From IMG/VR virus record IMGVR_UViG_2703718804_000009: DNA of 38,798 nt; one strand, given 5' to 3'. The stretch comes from a virus. Lineage: Duplodnaviria; Heunggongvirae; Uroviricota; Caudoviricetes. The position numbers and the translations under genes are program-made. This document shows, piece after piece, positions 1 through 8,225 of this stretch. How positions within the stretch are numbered: the first letter of the stretch is position 1; each line of letters starts with the position of its first letter. The notes under the pieces were generated by a model, which made no database searches, was not told the DNA's origin, and worked only from the letters and a program-made list of their open reading frames with translations.

Positions 1-2373
1 GTCATCAAGTGCATTATGGCGCTCACCTTCGAATGGAATAGCCGTTCTGGCATCGAAGTCTATGGCTTTCCCCAGCTCAACGATTGTGCGTACATCGCGA
101 TCGTTGTAGTAACGCCACGGGCAGGGGATCCCCTGCCGTTCGTATGAACGGCGCAAAATCGTGTTGTCGAAGTTGGCTCCATTTCCCCAGACCTGAACAA
201 AAAATTCACCGGAGTTTTCGTCGATAAATTCCCGCAATTGTAACAGTGCATCATCTAACGGGATTTCATCGGTCATAATGGCAGATTGCGCTTCGCGTGA
301 TTGCTTAAGCCACCATTTAATGGTGTCCCGATCAATGACTCCGCCAGCAGTTTCCAGATCGATAGTCTTACTAAATTCCGGTCCCATATCTCCGGTTTGC
401 GGATCGAAAAATATTGCACCTATTGAGATGATCGGGGCATCAGGATTTTTTCCCATGGTTTCAAGGTCGATCATTAGATGGTCACACGTCCTGCTGGTGG
501 ATGTGATTTCGTGATGACCGTTCACCTTAATTGAGTGATCTGCCGTCTCGCCAGTTTTATTATCGCTGGCGTGATGCTGATTGCCGCCAGGGTTCTCCTT
601 GTGTGGATGTTCAGCGCCTTCCATTTCCTCCGGATCATTTTCCTGAACTTCAACCTGATTCTCTTCATCGAATGTTTCCTGGTATGTTGCGTCGCCCATC
701 ACCGCGCCACAATCAGGGCAGTTGCCGCCACCGCTCTGACCGCAGGCGGTGCAGACTTTTTCCGGTTCCTGTTGCGCTACTGGTTCGGATTGTTTCGTTT
801 CTGGCTCGTTTTGTAACGCATTTGGGCTGTTTTGTTCCGCTTTTTGGTCGTTCCGTTCCGATTCATGCTGGTTCTGGTTCACAGAATCGCGAGTCTGGAT
901 CCCCTTGACCCATTTCGGATCATTAGGGTCGCTAATCCCCTCAACAAATTCACCACGCGATACAGCAAGTAACTTATCGGCGTCAGGCTGGCTGATATTG
1001 GCTGCCTGCATAATTTTGTTTACTTCGTCAGCGGTGACTTTTACTTGGTTAGCGGAACTCACCTGCGACTGAGCATCCAGCGACTGCGCGTTCTGGCCAT
1101 GTTCAGTTGTATCCGGTTCCATTGTTTCAGTTGTTGCCTGTTCACCTGCCATTGCGTCAGATGGTTGTGGTTTTTCTTCTTCTGTTTCACGCTCAGTAAC
1201 CACCTCGCGGTTAATTTCTTCCAGGATATCTTTTTCCGGCGTATGCCGGGCAGCTGTGAGAGTTTCCTTGCTGGGGTTCTCGTGATCAGTTTCCGTCAAA
1301 TAGGCGTTGATATACCCCTGAAGGCGTCCCGGGTAGTGATAAAATTCAGGGTGTGCGCTTCGGATAAGTGCAAAAATAGCGGCGCGGGAATAGTCCAGAA
1401 TACCCGGGGTTGCACGAAGTGCTGCGGACCATTCTTTGAACGGACTTTCTTTGTTCAGGACTACTTCTTTTGCGCGACGATAAACGCTGCCCGGAATTTC
1501 ATAAATATTAAAATCCATCGGAAGTGTGGCTGCTGCAATCTCCACATCCAGTGTGTCGAGGGTGTGTACTAAATTCGGATTGCGATCGGTTTTGTTCCCA
1601 CCGCCAGCATTAGCACCGGAAGCCGTGCGGGTGATGCGTGAAACACGATTTCCTTTCATCCACTCTTTTGTCAGCAGACCCCGATCAGTGTAGTCAGCGT
1701 CCAGGTATGCTTCGAAAAAAGCAGTTATTAGTCCCAGGTCTGAATTACCAGGATTAGGGAAAACTTTGTCAGTGTCACGAACCAGTTTGTGGAGGTCGCG
1801 AATCTCCAGCGAGTCGAGCAGACTGGTTTTATGCGAAATAGCCAGGGCAGTAACAGCCGGTAGTTCTTCAGCCCGTGCAATGTGTAATGCCTGGAGTTCG
1901 TCGCGTGAAACGTGCGTTACTGGTTTTTCGCTGCCGTGTTGAGCAAGCCAACGAATGGGCAGTTCCTGACCGGAGACAGGCAGAAGCATGCTCTCCTCAA
2001 TCTCAGTCATGTCTTCGCCGTTGATGTTGGTATTGTCAGTGCTGGCTGGTTTGTCCTGAACAGAGGGGGAAGGGCCGATAAATGTCATTGTGATGCCATC
2101 TTTCCCGCCTTTTTCATAGCGGTTGCAGAATTCAGTATCAAACACGCCTTCTGGCGGAAGGTCGTCAACAACGGGCAAATTGACGCGGACGGGTTTTTTA
2201 AAGTCGTCTTCATCATAATCGTTGTCATCCATTGCGGTAATGCAGCGGGAGATTGCAACAGATAATTTTTTTGCTGTAGTCCAGTAAAAACCACCTTTAA
2301 TTCCCAGGCGTTTTCTTACTTTGTCATTTTTTGCTTCGCAATATAGTGCAAATTCTTCTTTATCAGTGCTCAT
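1..2373 (-). CDS. RecE-like exonuclease (exodeoxyribonuclease VIII family) with C-terminal DEDD-type 3'-5' exonuclease-like motifs; 3' end runs off the window
   Basis: Minus-strand frame open for about 791 codons from the ATG at 2373 to the window edge with no stop (so it is absent from the ORF track). Translation begins [11 protein letters not shown], contains [10 protein letters not shown] and DYSRA motifs recalled from Rac RecE, and ends with an IDLET...HNALDD exonuclease signature. Sits at the distal end of the leftward operon. Confidence 0.7.
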   Translation of the reverse strand, partial: MSTDKEEFALYCEAKNDKVRKRLGIKGGFYWTTAKKLSVAISRCITAMDDNDYDEDDFKKPVRVNLPVVDDLPPEGVFDTEFCNRYEKGGKDGITMTFIGPSPSVQDKPASTDNTNINGEDMTEIEESMLLPVSGQELPIRWLAQHGSEKPVTHVSRDELQALHIARAEELPAVTALAISHKTSLLDSLEIRDLHKLVRDTDKVFPNPGNSDLGLITAFFEAYLDADYTDRGLLTKEWMKGNRVSRITRTASGANAGGGNKTDRNPNLVHTLDTLDVEIAAATLPMDFNIYEIPGSVYRRAKEVVLNKESPFKEWSAALRATPGILDYSRAAIFALIRSAHPEFYHYPGRLQGYINAYLTETDHENPSKETLTAARHTPEKDILEEINREVVTERETEEEKPQPSDAMAGEQATTETMEPDTTEHGQNAQSLDAQSQVSSANQVKVTADEVNKIMQAANISQPDADKLLAVSRGEFVEGISDPNDPKWVKGIQTRDSVNQNQHESERNDQKAEQNSPNALQNEPETKQSEPVAQQEPEKVCTACGQSGGGNCPDCGAVMGDATYQETFDEENQVEVQENDPEEMEGAEHPHKENPGGNQHHASDNKTGETADHSIKVNGHHEITSTSRTCDHLMIDLETMGKNPDAPIISIGAIFFDPQTGDMGPEFSKTIDLETAGGVIDRDTIKWWLKQSREAQSAIMTDEIPLDDALLQLREFIDENSGEFFVQVWGNGANFDNTILRRSYERQGIPCPWRYYNDRDVRTIVELGKAIDFDARTAIPFEGERHNALDD

Positions 2374-2466
2374 TATTGATAAACCTCATCACAGATTTAA
2401 GGGTGAACAAATCTCTGCCATTGCTGACATATAAGAATGAAACTGGATATTTATTACGGTGCTGTT

Positions 2467-2655
2467 TTAAAATCCTGCCGGGATTTCGTTATCCTGGTGA
2501 ATAACTTTATCGACCGGATAACAGTTGCCTGGAATTTTCTGTTCGGTTGCTGCTGCCATACATTCCTGCATTGTTCTGTGAACACTGACTGCAATATCAA
2601 CTGGCTCTCCGGAAACAAGAAAAACCGTCAGAATAAGTGCAAATACTGGATTCAT
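2467..2655 (-). CDS. ydfD: YdfD-like small protein (62 aa) with N-terminal hydrophobic/signal segment
   Basis: Internal Met of track ORF 2467..2709; MNPVFALILTVFLVSG N-terminus; start overlaps the dicB stop (ATGA); AT-rich; position directly after dicB as in the Qin dicB operon (from memory). Confidence 0.55.
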   Translation of the reverse strand: MNPVFALILTVFLVSGEPVDIAVSVHRTMQECMAAATEQKIPGNCYPVDKVIHQDNEIPAGF

Positions 2656-2840
2656 TGTGCACATCCTTTTGGCATCAGACGTAAACGGGCCAGCATTGAA
2701 ACAATGCATACTTTATTTAATAACTCCCGTTCGTGTTTTCTTTTGTTAATGGCCTCTTCAGTGAATACAGGATTACTGATAGTGACACCAATTTCAAAAC
2801 AACCTTCAGACGTATTAACGTTTGGTAATAACGTTTTCAT
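2652..2840 (-). CDS. dicB: DicB cell-division inhibitor (62 aa)
   Basis: Internal Met of track ORF 2652..2945; MKTLLPNVNTSEGCFEIGVTISNPVFTEEAINKRK...LARLRLMPKGCAQ matches recalled DicB; GAGG Shine-Dalgarno 9 nt upstream; lies immediately downstream of DicF. Confidence 0.75.
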   Translation of the reverse strand: MKTLLPNVNTSEGCFEIGVTISNPVFTEEAINKRKHERELLNKVCIVSMLARLRLMPKGCAQ

Positions 2841-3009
2841 TATCGCGCCCTCAACAATGAGTTTTGTGATGCGGTGCCTGGTGCCTCCAGGTGACGTTAA
2901 CCAGTTAACAATTAACGCCGGATACAGAGAATCCACCCATAACACTGTTTTTGGTTTTAACTGTTCCGCGTGCGCTTAGCCGCATTCACCGCATCACAAA
3001 ATTCACTTT

Positions 3010-3067
3010 AAAAATGGCGGCAGAGCAGTCACGGAGTAAAACTGATACCGCCAAACGTCACCAGAAA
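3010..3067 (-). ncRNA. dicF: DicF small RNA (ftsZ-targeting sRNA of the dicB operon)
   Basis: Reverse complement of 3010-3067 reads TTTCTGGTGACGTTTGGCGGTATCAGTTTTACTCCGTGACTGCTCTGCCGCC followed by a U-run, matching the DicF sequence as I recall it; located between the ydfC-like gene and dicB. Confidence 0.75.
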
Positions 3068-3401
3068 ATTGATAACAGAGGGCGTTGCAGCGGGGTTGTC
3101 ACTTAAGCGTATGGTCAACCTGACAACCCGGTGTCCTCAACGGGGAAGGAATAACCCCGCCATACTTACCGCCGCGCCATTTCGCGGAGTGCCACAACCG
3201 GAAGCGCACGGTCGACGAAAATTTAACGACAGGCTATCTATGAACCAGCTACCTCGCCGTGCGCTTTCGCGTTATGGTCTGACTTTTCAGGGAAATATCC
3301 TTTCAGTAAACTGTCAGTGCCGGATGCTCACCCGTGTCCGGCGCACGTACTCCACCTCACCCGTGGAGAACTCCTTAATCACCAACCCTCAGGAGGGTGA
3401 A

Positions 3402-3677
3402 ATGTCGACTGAAAATGATGAAATCATTAACTCCCTGATACGCCAAATTAATAATTTTGATAAAGCATTGCAGCATGCTGCGGCGCGTAGTGATATAACT
3501 CTTTTAGCAATTTCATTTCTTGCATCTGTTATGGATAAAAATGAAGTCGTACGACAGAGTCTTGTTGATTATATCGACTCGCTTCAACCCGGCACTTTCA
3601 ATCATGAGAGCTTCAATCATGAGAAAGAGCATGTTAAGTCTGTAATTAATTCTCTTATTTTGAATCAAAAGAATTAA
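3402..3677 (+). CDS. hypothetical protein (91 aa), rightward gene embedded in the leftward operon
   Basis: ATG at 3402 with strong SD (AGGAGGG) 5-7 nt upstream; AT-rich coding sequence; the upstream in-frame extension in track ORF 3069..3677 is GC-rich, Arg-rich and not protein-like. Confidence 0.45.
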   Translation: MSTENDEIINSLIRQINNFDKALQHAAARSDITLLAISFLASVMDKNEVVRQSLVDYIDSLQPGTFNHESFNHEKEHVKSVINSLILNQKN

Positions 3678-3975
3678 TGCTTTTTGTTGCAAAGTAATTT
3701 TCAAGGGGTTCTATTCGAATCCCTTTCTTTTTCATTAACAAGCCAAACCCCTTATCAATGATGTCCATTAGATCCAGGAAGTATTTTTCATGTAAATCCT
3801 GGTTATCAGAGAGCTGCTTCTCTTCGTACAGACCGATAAAGGCACGACGCACGTTACCGGATATAGTATCGATGGTTTCTTTTTCTACGGTACTCAGGTC
3901 AAGAGTCGCCAGTTGGGAACGAACTATATTCGCTGCCATTTCCTGGAATTGCATTGGTAAATCTTTAAATTCCAT
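3655..3975 (-). CDS. hypothetical protein (106 aa)
   Basis: Track ORF; GAGG SD about 8 nt upstream of the ATG at 3975; 22 bp downstream of the ydfC-like stop; 3' end overlaps the convergent 3402..3677 ORF by 23 bp. Confidence 0.55.
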   Translation of the reverse strand: MEFKDLPMQFQEMAANIVRSQLATLDLSTVEKETIDTISGNVRRAFIGLYEEKQLSDNQDLHEKYFLDLMDIIDKGFGLLMKKKGIRIEPLENYFATKSINSFDSK

Positions 3976-3997
3976 TATTAGCCTCGTTGGTTAGCTA

Positions 3998-4216
3998 TTA
4001 ACGCGGGTATGTAATCATTCTGGCAATGCTTAATGCCGCTGCTTTTTCCAGCCTGGTGATATCCTGCTCCAGAGCGGACAGATTTTCAGCCTGCTTAACC
4101 CTGGCTTCATTAGCCCATTTCAGATCCTGCGCTGCATTAATTTTCTGGCGCATCCACTCATAAAGTTCATCATCGGTATAGTCTGGCGCGATGATGACGG
4201 GTTCTCGTTTCTGCAT
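3998..4216 (-). CDS. YdfC-like small protein (72 aa)
   Basis: Track ORF; size and position match ydfC of the Qin dicB operon (from memory). Confidence 0.55.
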   Translation of the reverse strand: MQKREPVIIAPDYTDDELYEWMRQKINAAQDLKWANEARVKQAENLSALEQDITRLEKAAALSIARMITYPR

Positions 4217-4245
4217 ACTGATTCCTCGCGGTGCTGCTTCGCTTA

Positions 4246-4374
4246 TCAGCCGTTAGATTTTGCCGAGCTGGAAAGCGCCTGTTTAAACTCACTGAAGCTG
4301 AGAGCTTCTTCGCCTTCGGCAAGGCCTTCGAAGTATTCTTCGTAAGCCTTTTCCATGATTGTGTCGAAATCCAT
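4246..4374 (-). CDS. YdfB-like small acidic protein (42 aa)
   Basis: Hand-translated: MDFDTIMEKAYEEYFEGLAEGEEALSFSEFKQALSSSAKSNG; AGGTGA SD upstream; start overlaps the stop of the upstream ydfA-like gene; below the 60-aa cutoff of the ORF track. Confidence 0.5.
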   Translation of the reverse strand: MDFDTIMEKAYEEYFEGLAEGEEALSFSEFKQALSSSAKSNG

Positions 4375-4375
4375 A

Positions 4376-4531
4376 TCACTCACCTGAGTTTCTTTCCAGC
4401 CAGCGACGGGCACCATTTTCGGTTTTAAACGTTTTGCTTTTGGTATACGTCATCGCGGTGAATGTGCCGTCCTGGTTGGGAAACACGCCGTACACCAGAG
4501 ATTCGTTGTTGCCAAGATCGATAGTATCCAT
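4376..4531 (-). CDS. YdfA-like small protein (51 aa); alternative upstream start at 4612 would give 78 aa
   Basis: Internal Met of track ORF 4376..4612 (MDTIDLGNNESLVYGVF...); first gene of the leftward operon downstream of the candidate pL. Confidence 0.5.
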   Translation of the reverse strand: MDTIDLGNNESLVYGVFPNQDGTFTAMTYTKSKTFKTENGARRWLERNSGE

Positions 4532-4713
4532 GCTGACCTCATTTCCCCTTAACGCCGGGGTAGCGGAACAAAAACCTGCTGCATAGTTATTAAAGTTGAA
4601 CCCTGCCGTCATGTTCTTACGCCTCGGGCTGGCTACTTAACCCCTGACCACTGCCTGGTAACTCGAAGTATTGCCCTGCATTCTGTGGGGCGGGTGGGTT
4701 GGTATGCCGTTAA

Positions 4714-4729
4714 GGTAACAAGAGTTACC
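4714..4729. promoter_or_regulatory. candidate OL operator: perfect palindrome GGTAAC-N4-GTTACC, within a candidate pL (-35 TTGACT on the minus strand at 4735-4740)
   Basis: GGTAACAAGAGTTACC read directly; the same half-site arrangement recurs at 5526-5539 on the other side of cI. Confidence 0.45.
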
Positions 4730-4775
4730 TTTCGAGTCAATACGATGTTGCAAAAGGTACATTTGAGAGCGTGAA

Positions 4776-4800
4776 AAACCCGCAATGAATGCGGGTTCTG
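4776..4800 (-). terminator. candidate intrinsic terminator downstream of cI
   Basis: 7-bp GC-rich stem (ACCCGCA/TGCGGGT) with a 5-nt loop, followed on the minus strand by TTTTC; lies immediately 3' of the cI stop. Confidence 0.35.
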
Positions 4801-4802
4801 AC

Positions 4803-5519
4803 TCAGTCTAAGTATTGATGTATTTGTGAAACTTTACCTTTAATGGTGTAACCACCATTCAGTTCGATGGGTTTGTAAAGCGGATTCAGTGACAACAGAT
4901 AGATGTTTGGTCCGTCAATCGCAACTTTTTTTAGTGTTACGTTTGGCGTTCCTTCCAATTGGATTAAGATTATTTTTCCCACCAGTTCTCTAATGTTACT
5001 TGAGCATGGTGTGATCAGCACGGTAGATCCATCGGGGATGGTTGGGAGGCCGTTAGAGTTTGTCATCGCATCTCCCTCAACATGCAATAAAAAAGAGTTT
5101 TCAGCGGTTTTTGTCATGACATCAACCCAATTCTTAATGCCAGGAATCTCGGTTACTGGACAACTCATATCCCAATAACCAGCCTGTTCCCACGTTAAAA
5201 CGGGCAACCGGGCGATGTTGTCACTAATGTAAAGATACTGATTCAGACGCAGATCATCGGTTTTATCGTGACCGTCCTTTCCATAAAGAATCCATTCAGG
5301 AGATTTGGAAAGCAATTTTGACAGTAGATGCAAATTCTCACCGTCAGGTTTTGAAGAGCCATTTTCCCATTTTGTTACGGATACACGAGATATGCCGATT
5401 GCTTTCGCAACCTGCTGTTGGGTTAATCCAACGTCTTTTCGACGATTCCGAATACGTTCGCTGATAGTGTTTTTCATGTAACCAATGTTACTACCAAGTG
5501 ATGTTGCTATGGTTGACAT
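4803..5519 (-). CDS. cI: CI-type prophage repressor (HTH plus LexA/S24-like autocleavage domain)
   Basis: Track ORF 4803..5576; XRE-type HTH (LTQQQVAKAIGISRVSVTKWENG) and a C-terminal S24 peptidase-like region; divergent from the cro-like gene. Start is ambiguous (5519 MSTIATS or 5477 MKNTISER); the mRNA may be leaderless. Confidence 0.8.
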   Translation of the reverse strand: MSTIATSLGSNIGYMKNTISERIRNRRKDVGLTQQQVAKAIGISRVSVTKWENGSSKPDGENLHLLSKLLSKSPEWILYGKDGHDKTDDLRLNQYLYISDNIARLPVLTWEQAGYWDMSCPVTEIPGIKNWVDVMTKTAENSFLLHVEGDAMTNSNGLPTIPDGSTVLITPCSSNIRELVGKIILIQLEGTPNVTLKKVAIDGPNIYLLSLNPLYKPIELNGGYTIKGKVSQIHQYLD

Positions 5520-5541
5520 TGCTATGTAACTATTGTTACCC
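5513..5541 (+). promoter_or_regulatory. candidate pR/OR: consensus -35 TTGACA (5513-5518) followed by operator palindrome GTAAC-N4-GTTAC (5526-5539)
   Basis: Read directly from the sequence; the -10 element is weak or ambiguous; the region sits between divergent cI and cro-like genes. Confidence 0.4.
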
Positions 5542-5568
5542 TCCTGCTCGAAATAACAGGAGAGTTTT

Positions 5569-5784
5569 ATGTTCAAAGATGATGTTCTGCGCTATTTCAA
5601 AAAAAAGCGACTAGTAGCTGAGGCTCTTGGAATTTCACATGTGGCTGTTGTGCGGTGGAAAGCAGTTATTCCCAAACTTCGCGCAATGGAACTGGATGAA
5701 ATTACTAACGGTGAATTGAAATACAACCCAGAACTTTACAAGAAGCAGGATAGCACCTCGAACGAAGGAAAGAATGATTCATGA
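5569..5784 (+). CDS. Cro-like HTH regulator (DicC/YdaS family)
   Basis: Track ORF; 71 aa; divergent from cI; AGGAGAG SD; resembles DicC/YdaS-type Cro proteins (from memory). Confidence 0.65.
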   Translation: MFKDDVLRYFKKKRLVAEALGISHVAVVRWKAVIPKLRAMELDEITNGELKYNPELYKKQDSTSNEGKNDS

Positions 5785-6206
5785 AAATCAAGCATGAACA
5801 CATCCGCATGGCGATGAATGCCTGGGCGCATCCGGACGGCGAAAAAGTACCGGCTGCGAAAATTACCAAAGCGTATTTCGAGCTGGGAATGACGTTCCCG
5901 GAACTGTATGACGACAGCCATCCGGAAGCCCTGGCTCGCAATACCCAGAAAATTTTCCGCTGGGTAGAGAAAGACACCCCTGATGCAGTTGAAAAAATTC
6001 AGGCGTTGTTACCAGCGATCGAAAAGGCAATGCCACCTTTGCTGGTGGCCAGAATGCGCAGCCACAGTTCAGCTTATTTTCGGGAGTTGGTGGAGACGCG
6101 GGAGCGACTGGTGAGAGACGCTGATGATTTTGTCGCAGTGGCAATCGCCGGTTTCAATCAGATGAACCGTGGTGGCCCGGCAGGAAATGCTGTGGCAGTA
6201 CATTGA
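5781..6206 (+). CDS. YdaT-like protein (CII-analogue position)
   Basis: Track ORF; MKIKHEHI N-terminus typical of YdaT as recalled; ATGA overlap with the cro-like stop. Confidence 0.55.
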   Translation: MKIKHEHIRMAMNAWAHPDGEKVPAAKITKAYFELGMTFPELYDDSHPEALARNTQKIFRWVEKDTPDAVEKIQALLPAIEKAMPPLLVARMRSHSSAYFRELVETRERLVRDADDFVAVAIAGFNQMNRGGPAGNAVAVH

Positions 6207-6277
6207 CTGACAATAGCCATATCGAATCGCTTCCGGCAACTCGTGAGTAAAAAGATTCGGTATCAGAAGAGGTGAGT

Positions 6278-7348
6278 ATGGCTAACGCCTGGCTCAGATT
6301 ATGGCATGACATGCCAAATGACCCTAAGTGGCGAACAATTGCCAGGGTGTCAGGGCAGCCAATTGCAACAGTGATGGCAGTGTATATCCACCTCCTGGTG
6401 AGCGCGTCACGAAATGTCACGCGAGGTCACATTGATGTCACGACAGAAGATTTGGCAAGTGCGCTCGACGTGACAGAAGAGGTAATTGATTCAATTTTGC
6501 AGACGATGCAGGGGCGGGTACTTGATGGTGATTTAATCACTGGATGGGAAAAACGCCAGGTGCTTAAAGAGGACAACGGCAATATTTCGCAAACCGCAAA
6601 ATCTCCTGCAGAGCGCAAGAGGGCGCAGCGAGAGAGGGAAAGAAAGCGGGAACAAAATGGCGATTGTCACGGCGCGTCACGAAATGTCACGCACATGTCA
6701 CGACGAGTCACGACAGATAAAGATACAGATAAAGATACAGATCAAGAAGATCAAAACACTATGGTCCATGGCGTAAAAAACGCCACGAACCAGGCAGGGG
6801 ATGTTCAGACCGTCAATCTTGGTCAGCCAGCAGGCACGACACCGGAAGCCGATTCAGCGTATGCGCTGAAAGCCGATTCGGGCGCTGTGCAGCAGGTGAT
6901 GACCGCAAGGCCGGAGCAATCACACCAACTGCAGCAGCCTGAAGCCGATTCCGCCATTCAGCGGGAAGCCGATCGGGTAGTCCCGGAAAACACCGGGCAG
7001 CCTGTGGGACGAGTGGATTATCCGGATGTGTTCGAACAGGTCTGGCGGGAATACCCGTTGCGTGCTGGGGCAAACCCGAAGAAATCCGCTTTCAGTGCTT
7101 GGAAGGCCAGATTACGCGAGGGGGTGTCACCAGAGGCCATGCTGGATGGCGTGAGGCGTTACGCAAGATACCTTGCGGCTACCGGGAAAACGGGAACGGA
7201 ATTTGTTCAGCGAGCGACGACGTTTTTTGGACCGGACCGGAATTTTGAAAACCCCTGGCTGCTCCCGGTAAGCGGCACGAACAACCAGCGTTGTGTGAAT
7301 CATATTTCTGAACCGGATACCGAAATTCCACCGGGCTTCAGGGGGTAA
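6278..7348 (+). CDS. replication initiation protein (lambda O-like replisome organizer)
   Basis: Track ORF 6272..7348; N-terminus MANAWLRLWHDMPNDPKWR resembles phage replisome-organizer N-terminal domains; iteron arrays embedded in the coding sequence; GAGGTGA SD before the ATG at 6278. Confidence 0.65.
   Translation: MANAWLRLWHDMPNDPKWRTIARVSGQPIATVMAVYIHLLVSASRNVTRGHIDVTTEDLASALDVTEEVIDSILQTMQGRVLDGDLITGWEKRQVLKEDNGNISQTAKSPAERKRAQRERERKREQNGDCHGASRNVTHMSRRVTTDKDTDKDTDQEDQNTMVHGVKNATNQAGDVQTVNLGQPAGTTPEADSAYALKADSGAVQQVMTARPEQSHQLQQPEADSAIQREADRVVPENTGQPVGRVDYPDVFEQVWREYPLRAGANPKKSAFSAWKARLREGVSPEAMLDGVRRYARYLAATGKTGTEFVQRATTFFGPDRNFENPWLLPVSGTNNQRCVNHISEPDTEIPPGFRG
6406..6441. repeat. iteron array 1: four GTCAC(G) repeats at about 10-bp phasing
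   Basis: GTCAC at 6406, 6416, 6426 and 6437, read directly. Confidence 0.6.
6666..6735. repeat. iteron array 2 (five GTCAC(G) repeats at 10-11 bp phasing) followed by tandem ACAGATAAAGAT x2; candidate origin of replication
   Basis: GTCAC at 6666, 6676, 6686, 6697 and 6707; tandem 12-mers at 6712-6735; architecture resembles lambda ori inside the O gene. Confidence 0.55.
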
Positions 7349-7388
7349 GTGTTGATTTCTGGTCATGAGGTAATTTTCAGGAGGACTT

Positions 7389-7811
7389 GTGGCAAAAGTT
7401 TTTACACAAGAAGAGCGAGAAAAAATTAAAGGGCAGGTTGTTGAACTCGTACGCCAGAGTGGGCGTGAGACGTTACGGCAACTGGAAGTCAAAACAGGTG
7501 CGACAAGATATCTGATGAGCGTTCTCGCAAGAGAGCTGGTTGCCAGCGGCGATGTATACAACTCTGGTTACGGGTTATTCCCGTCTGAACAGGCGCGTAA
7601 GGACTGGCAAAATGCCCGTAAAAAGCTCTCAAGGGCAAAGCTGAAGAAACCATCTGCGGTTGATCCGGACCTTATCTGGTCATTACCAGACGGAGAAATA
7701 CGCCGCTACGACAGGCGTCAGAACATAATCTGTAGCGAGTGCCGGAAGAGCGCAGCTATGCAGCGTGTACTGGCTTTCTATCAGGGTAATTTTCAGGAGG
7801 CGGTACTGTGA
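7389..7811 (+). CDS. hypothetical protein (140 aa), possible winged-helix DNA-binding protein; GTG start
   Basis: Track ORF; GGAGGA SD upstream; lies after the replication gene. Confidence 0.45.
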   Translation: MAKVFTQEEREKIKGQVVELVRQSGRETLRQLEVKTGATRYLMSVLARELVASGDVYNSGYGLFPSEQARKDWQNARKKLSRAKLKKPSAVDPDLIWSLPDGEIRRYDRRQNIICSECRKSAAMQRVLAFYQGNFQEAVL

Positions 7812-7841
7812 GTGAAATTAGCTATCAGGCTTCAATTACCG

Positions 7842-7864
7842 CTGGCATTCGCATCAAAGGAGAG
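7842..7864 (+). repeat. gene-junction repeat copy 1 (CTGGCATTCGCATCAAAGGAGAG)
   Basis: Identical 23-mer to copy 3 at 9052-9074; ends 4 nt before the ATG at 7869. Confidence 0.8.
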
Positions 7865-7868
7865 GAGC

Positions 7869-8225
7869 ATGGAAATAAAACCAGAAGATGAGTTAAGCAA
7901 TATCGTTTTATTTCCGGTAAAAGAGGATGACCCTCGTAATCAGGTTAATTTTCTTTATGAGCCATCGGAAAGACCATATTGCCATCACGCTTCTGTCCGG
8001 GTTGACGAAAAAGAGCGTCAGGTCCGCTGTAAAATCTGCGGTGCAGTTGTGGAGCCATTTGACTGGATGCTCTCTGTGGCGAAAAGAGAAACCAGACTGG
8101 CAGATGATGTAAGGCTATTGCGCCAGGAGGAACAGGAAAGACGGAAAAATATAGAAAAGTTAATTCAGATTGAGCGTAACGCGAAAGCGCGGATACGCAG
8201 GGTGACAAAATCCAGAACTGAATAA
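7869..8225 (+). CDS. hypothetical zinc-ribbon protein (118 aa)
   Basis: Internal ATG of track ORF 7812..8225 preceded by the junction repeat containing AAGGAG; CxxC-type Cys/His pairs (CHH...CKIC). Confidence 0.5.
   Translation: MEIKPEDELSNIVLFPVKEDDPRNQVNFLYEPSERPYCHHASVRVDEKERQVRCKICGAVVEPFDWMLSVAKRETRLADDVRLLRQEEQERRKNIEKLIQIERNAKARIRRVTKSRTE

Noticed and set aside
278-1572. Plus-strand ORFs (track ORFs 278..514, 531..908, 749..1072, 1045..1572) antisense to the exonuclease gene
   Set aside because: Cys/Arg/Phe-rich junk translations; the minus-strand frame is open across the whole region and is protein-like.
3069-3401. N-terminal extension of track ORF 3069..3677
   Set aside because: GC-rich, Arg-rich, non-protein-like segment without an SD; the credible start is the ATG at 3402 with a strong SD. 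The region probably contains DicF precursor or processing sequence on the other strand.
4170-4379. 69-aa minus-strand ORF and 65-aa plus-strand ORF (4231..4428) over the ydfB-like gene
   Set aside because: Arg-rich alternate-frame artifacts; the 42-aa acidic ORF with SD and ATGA coupling is the better model.
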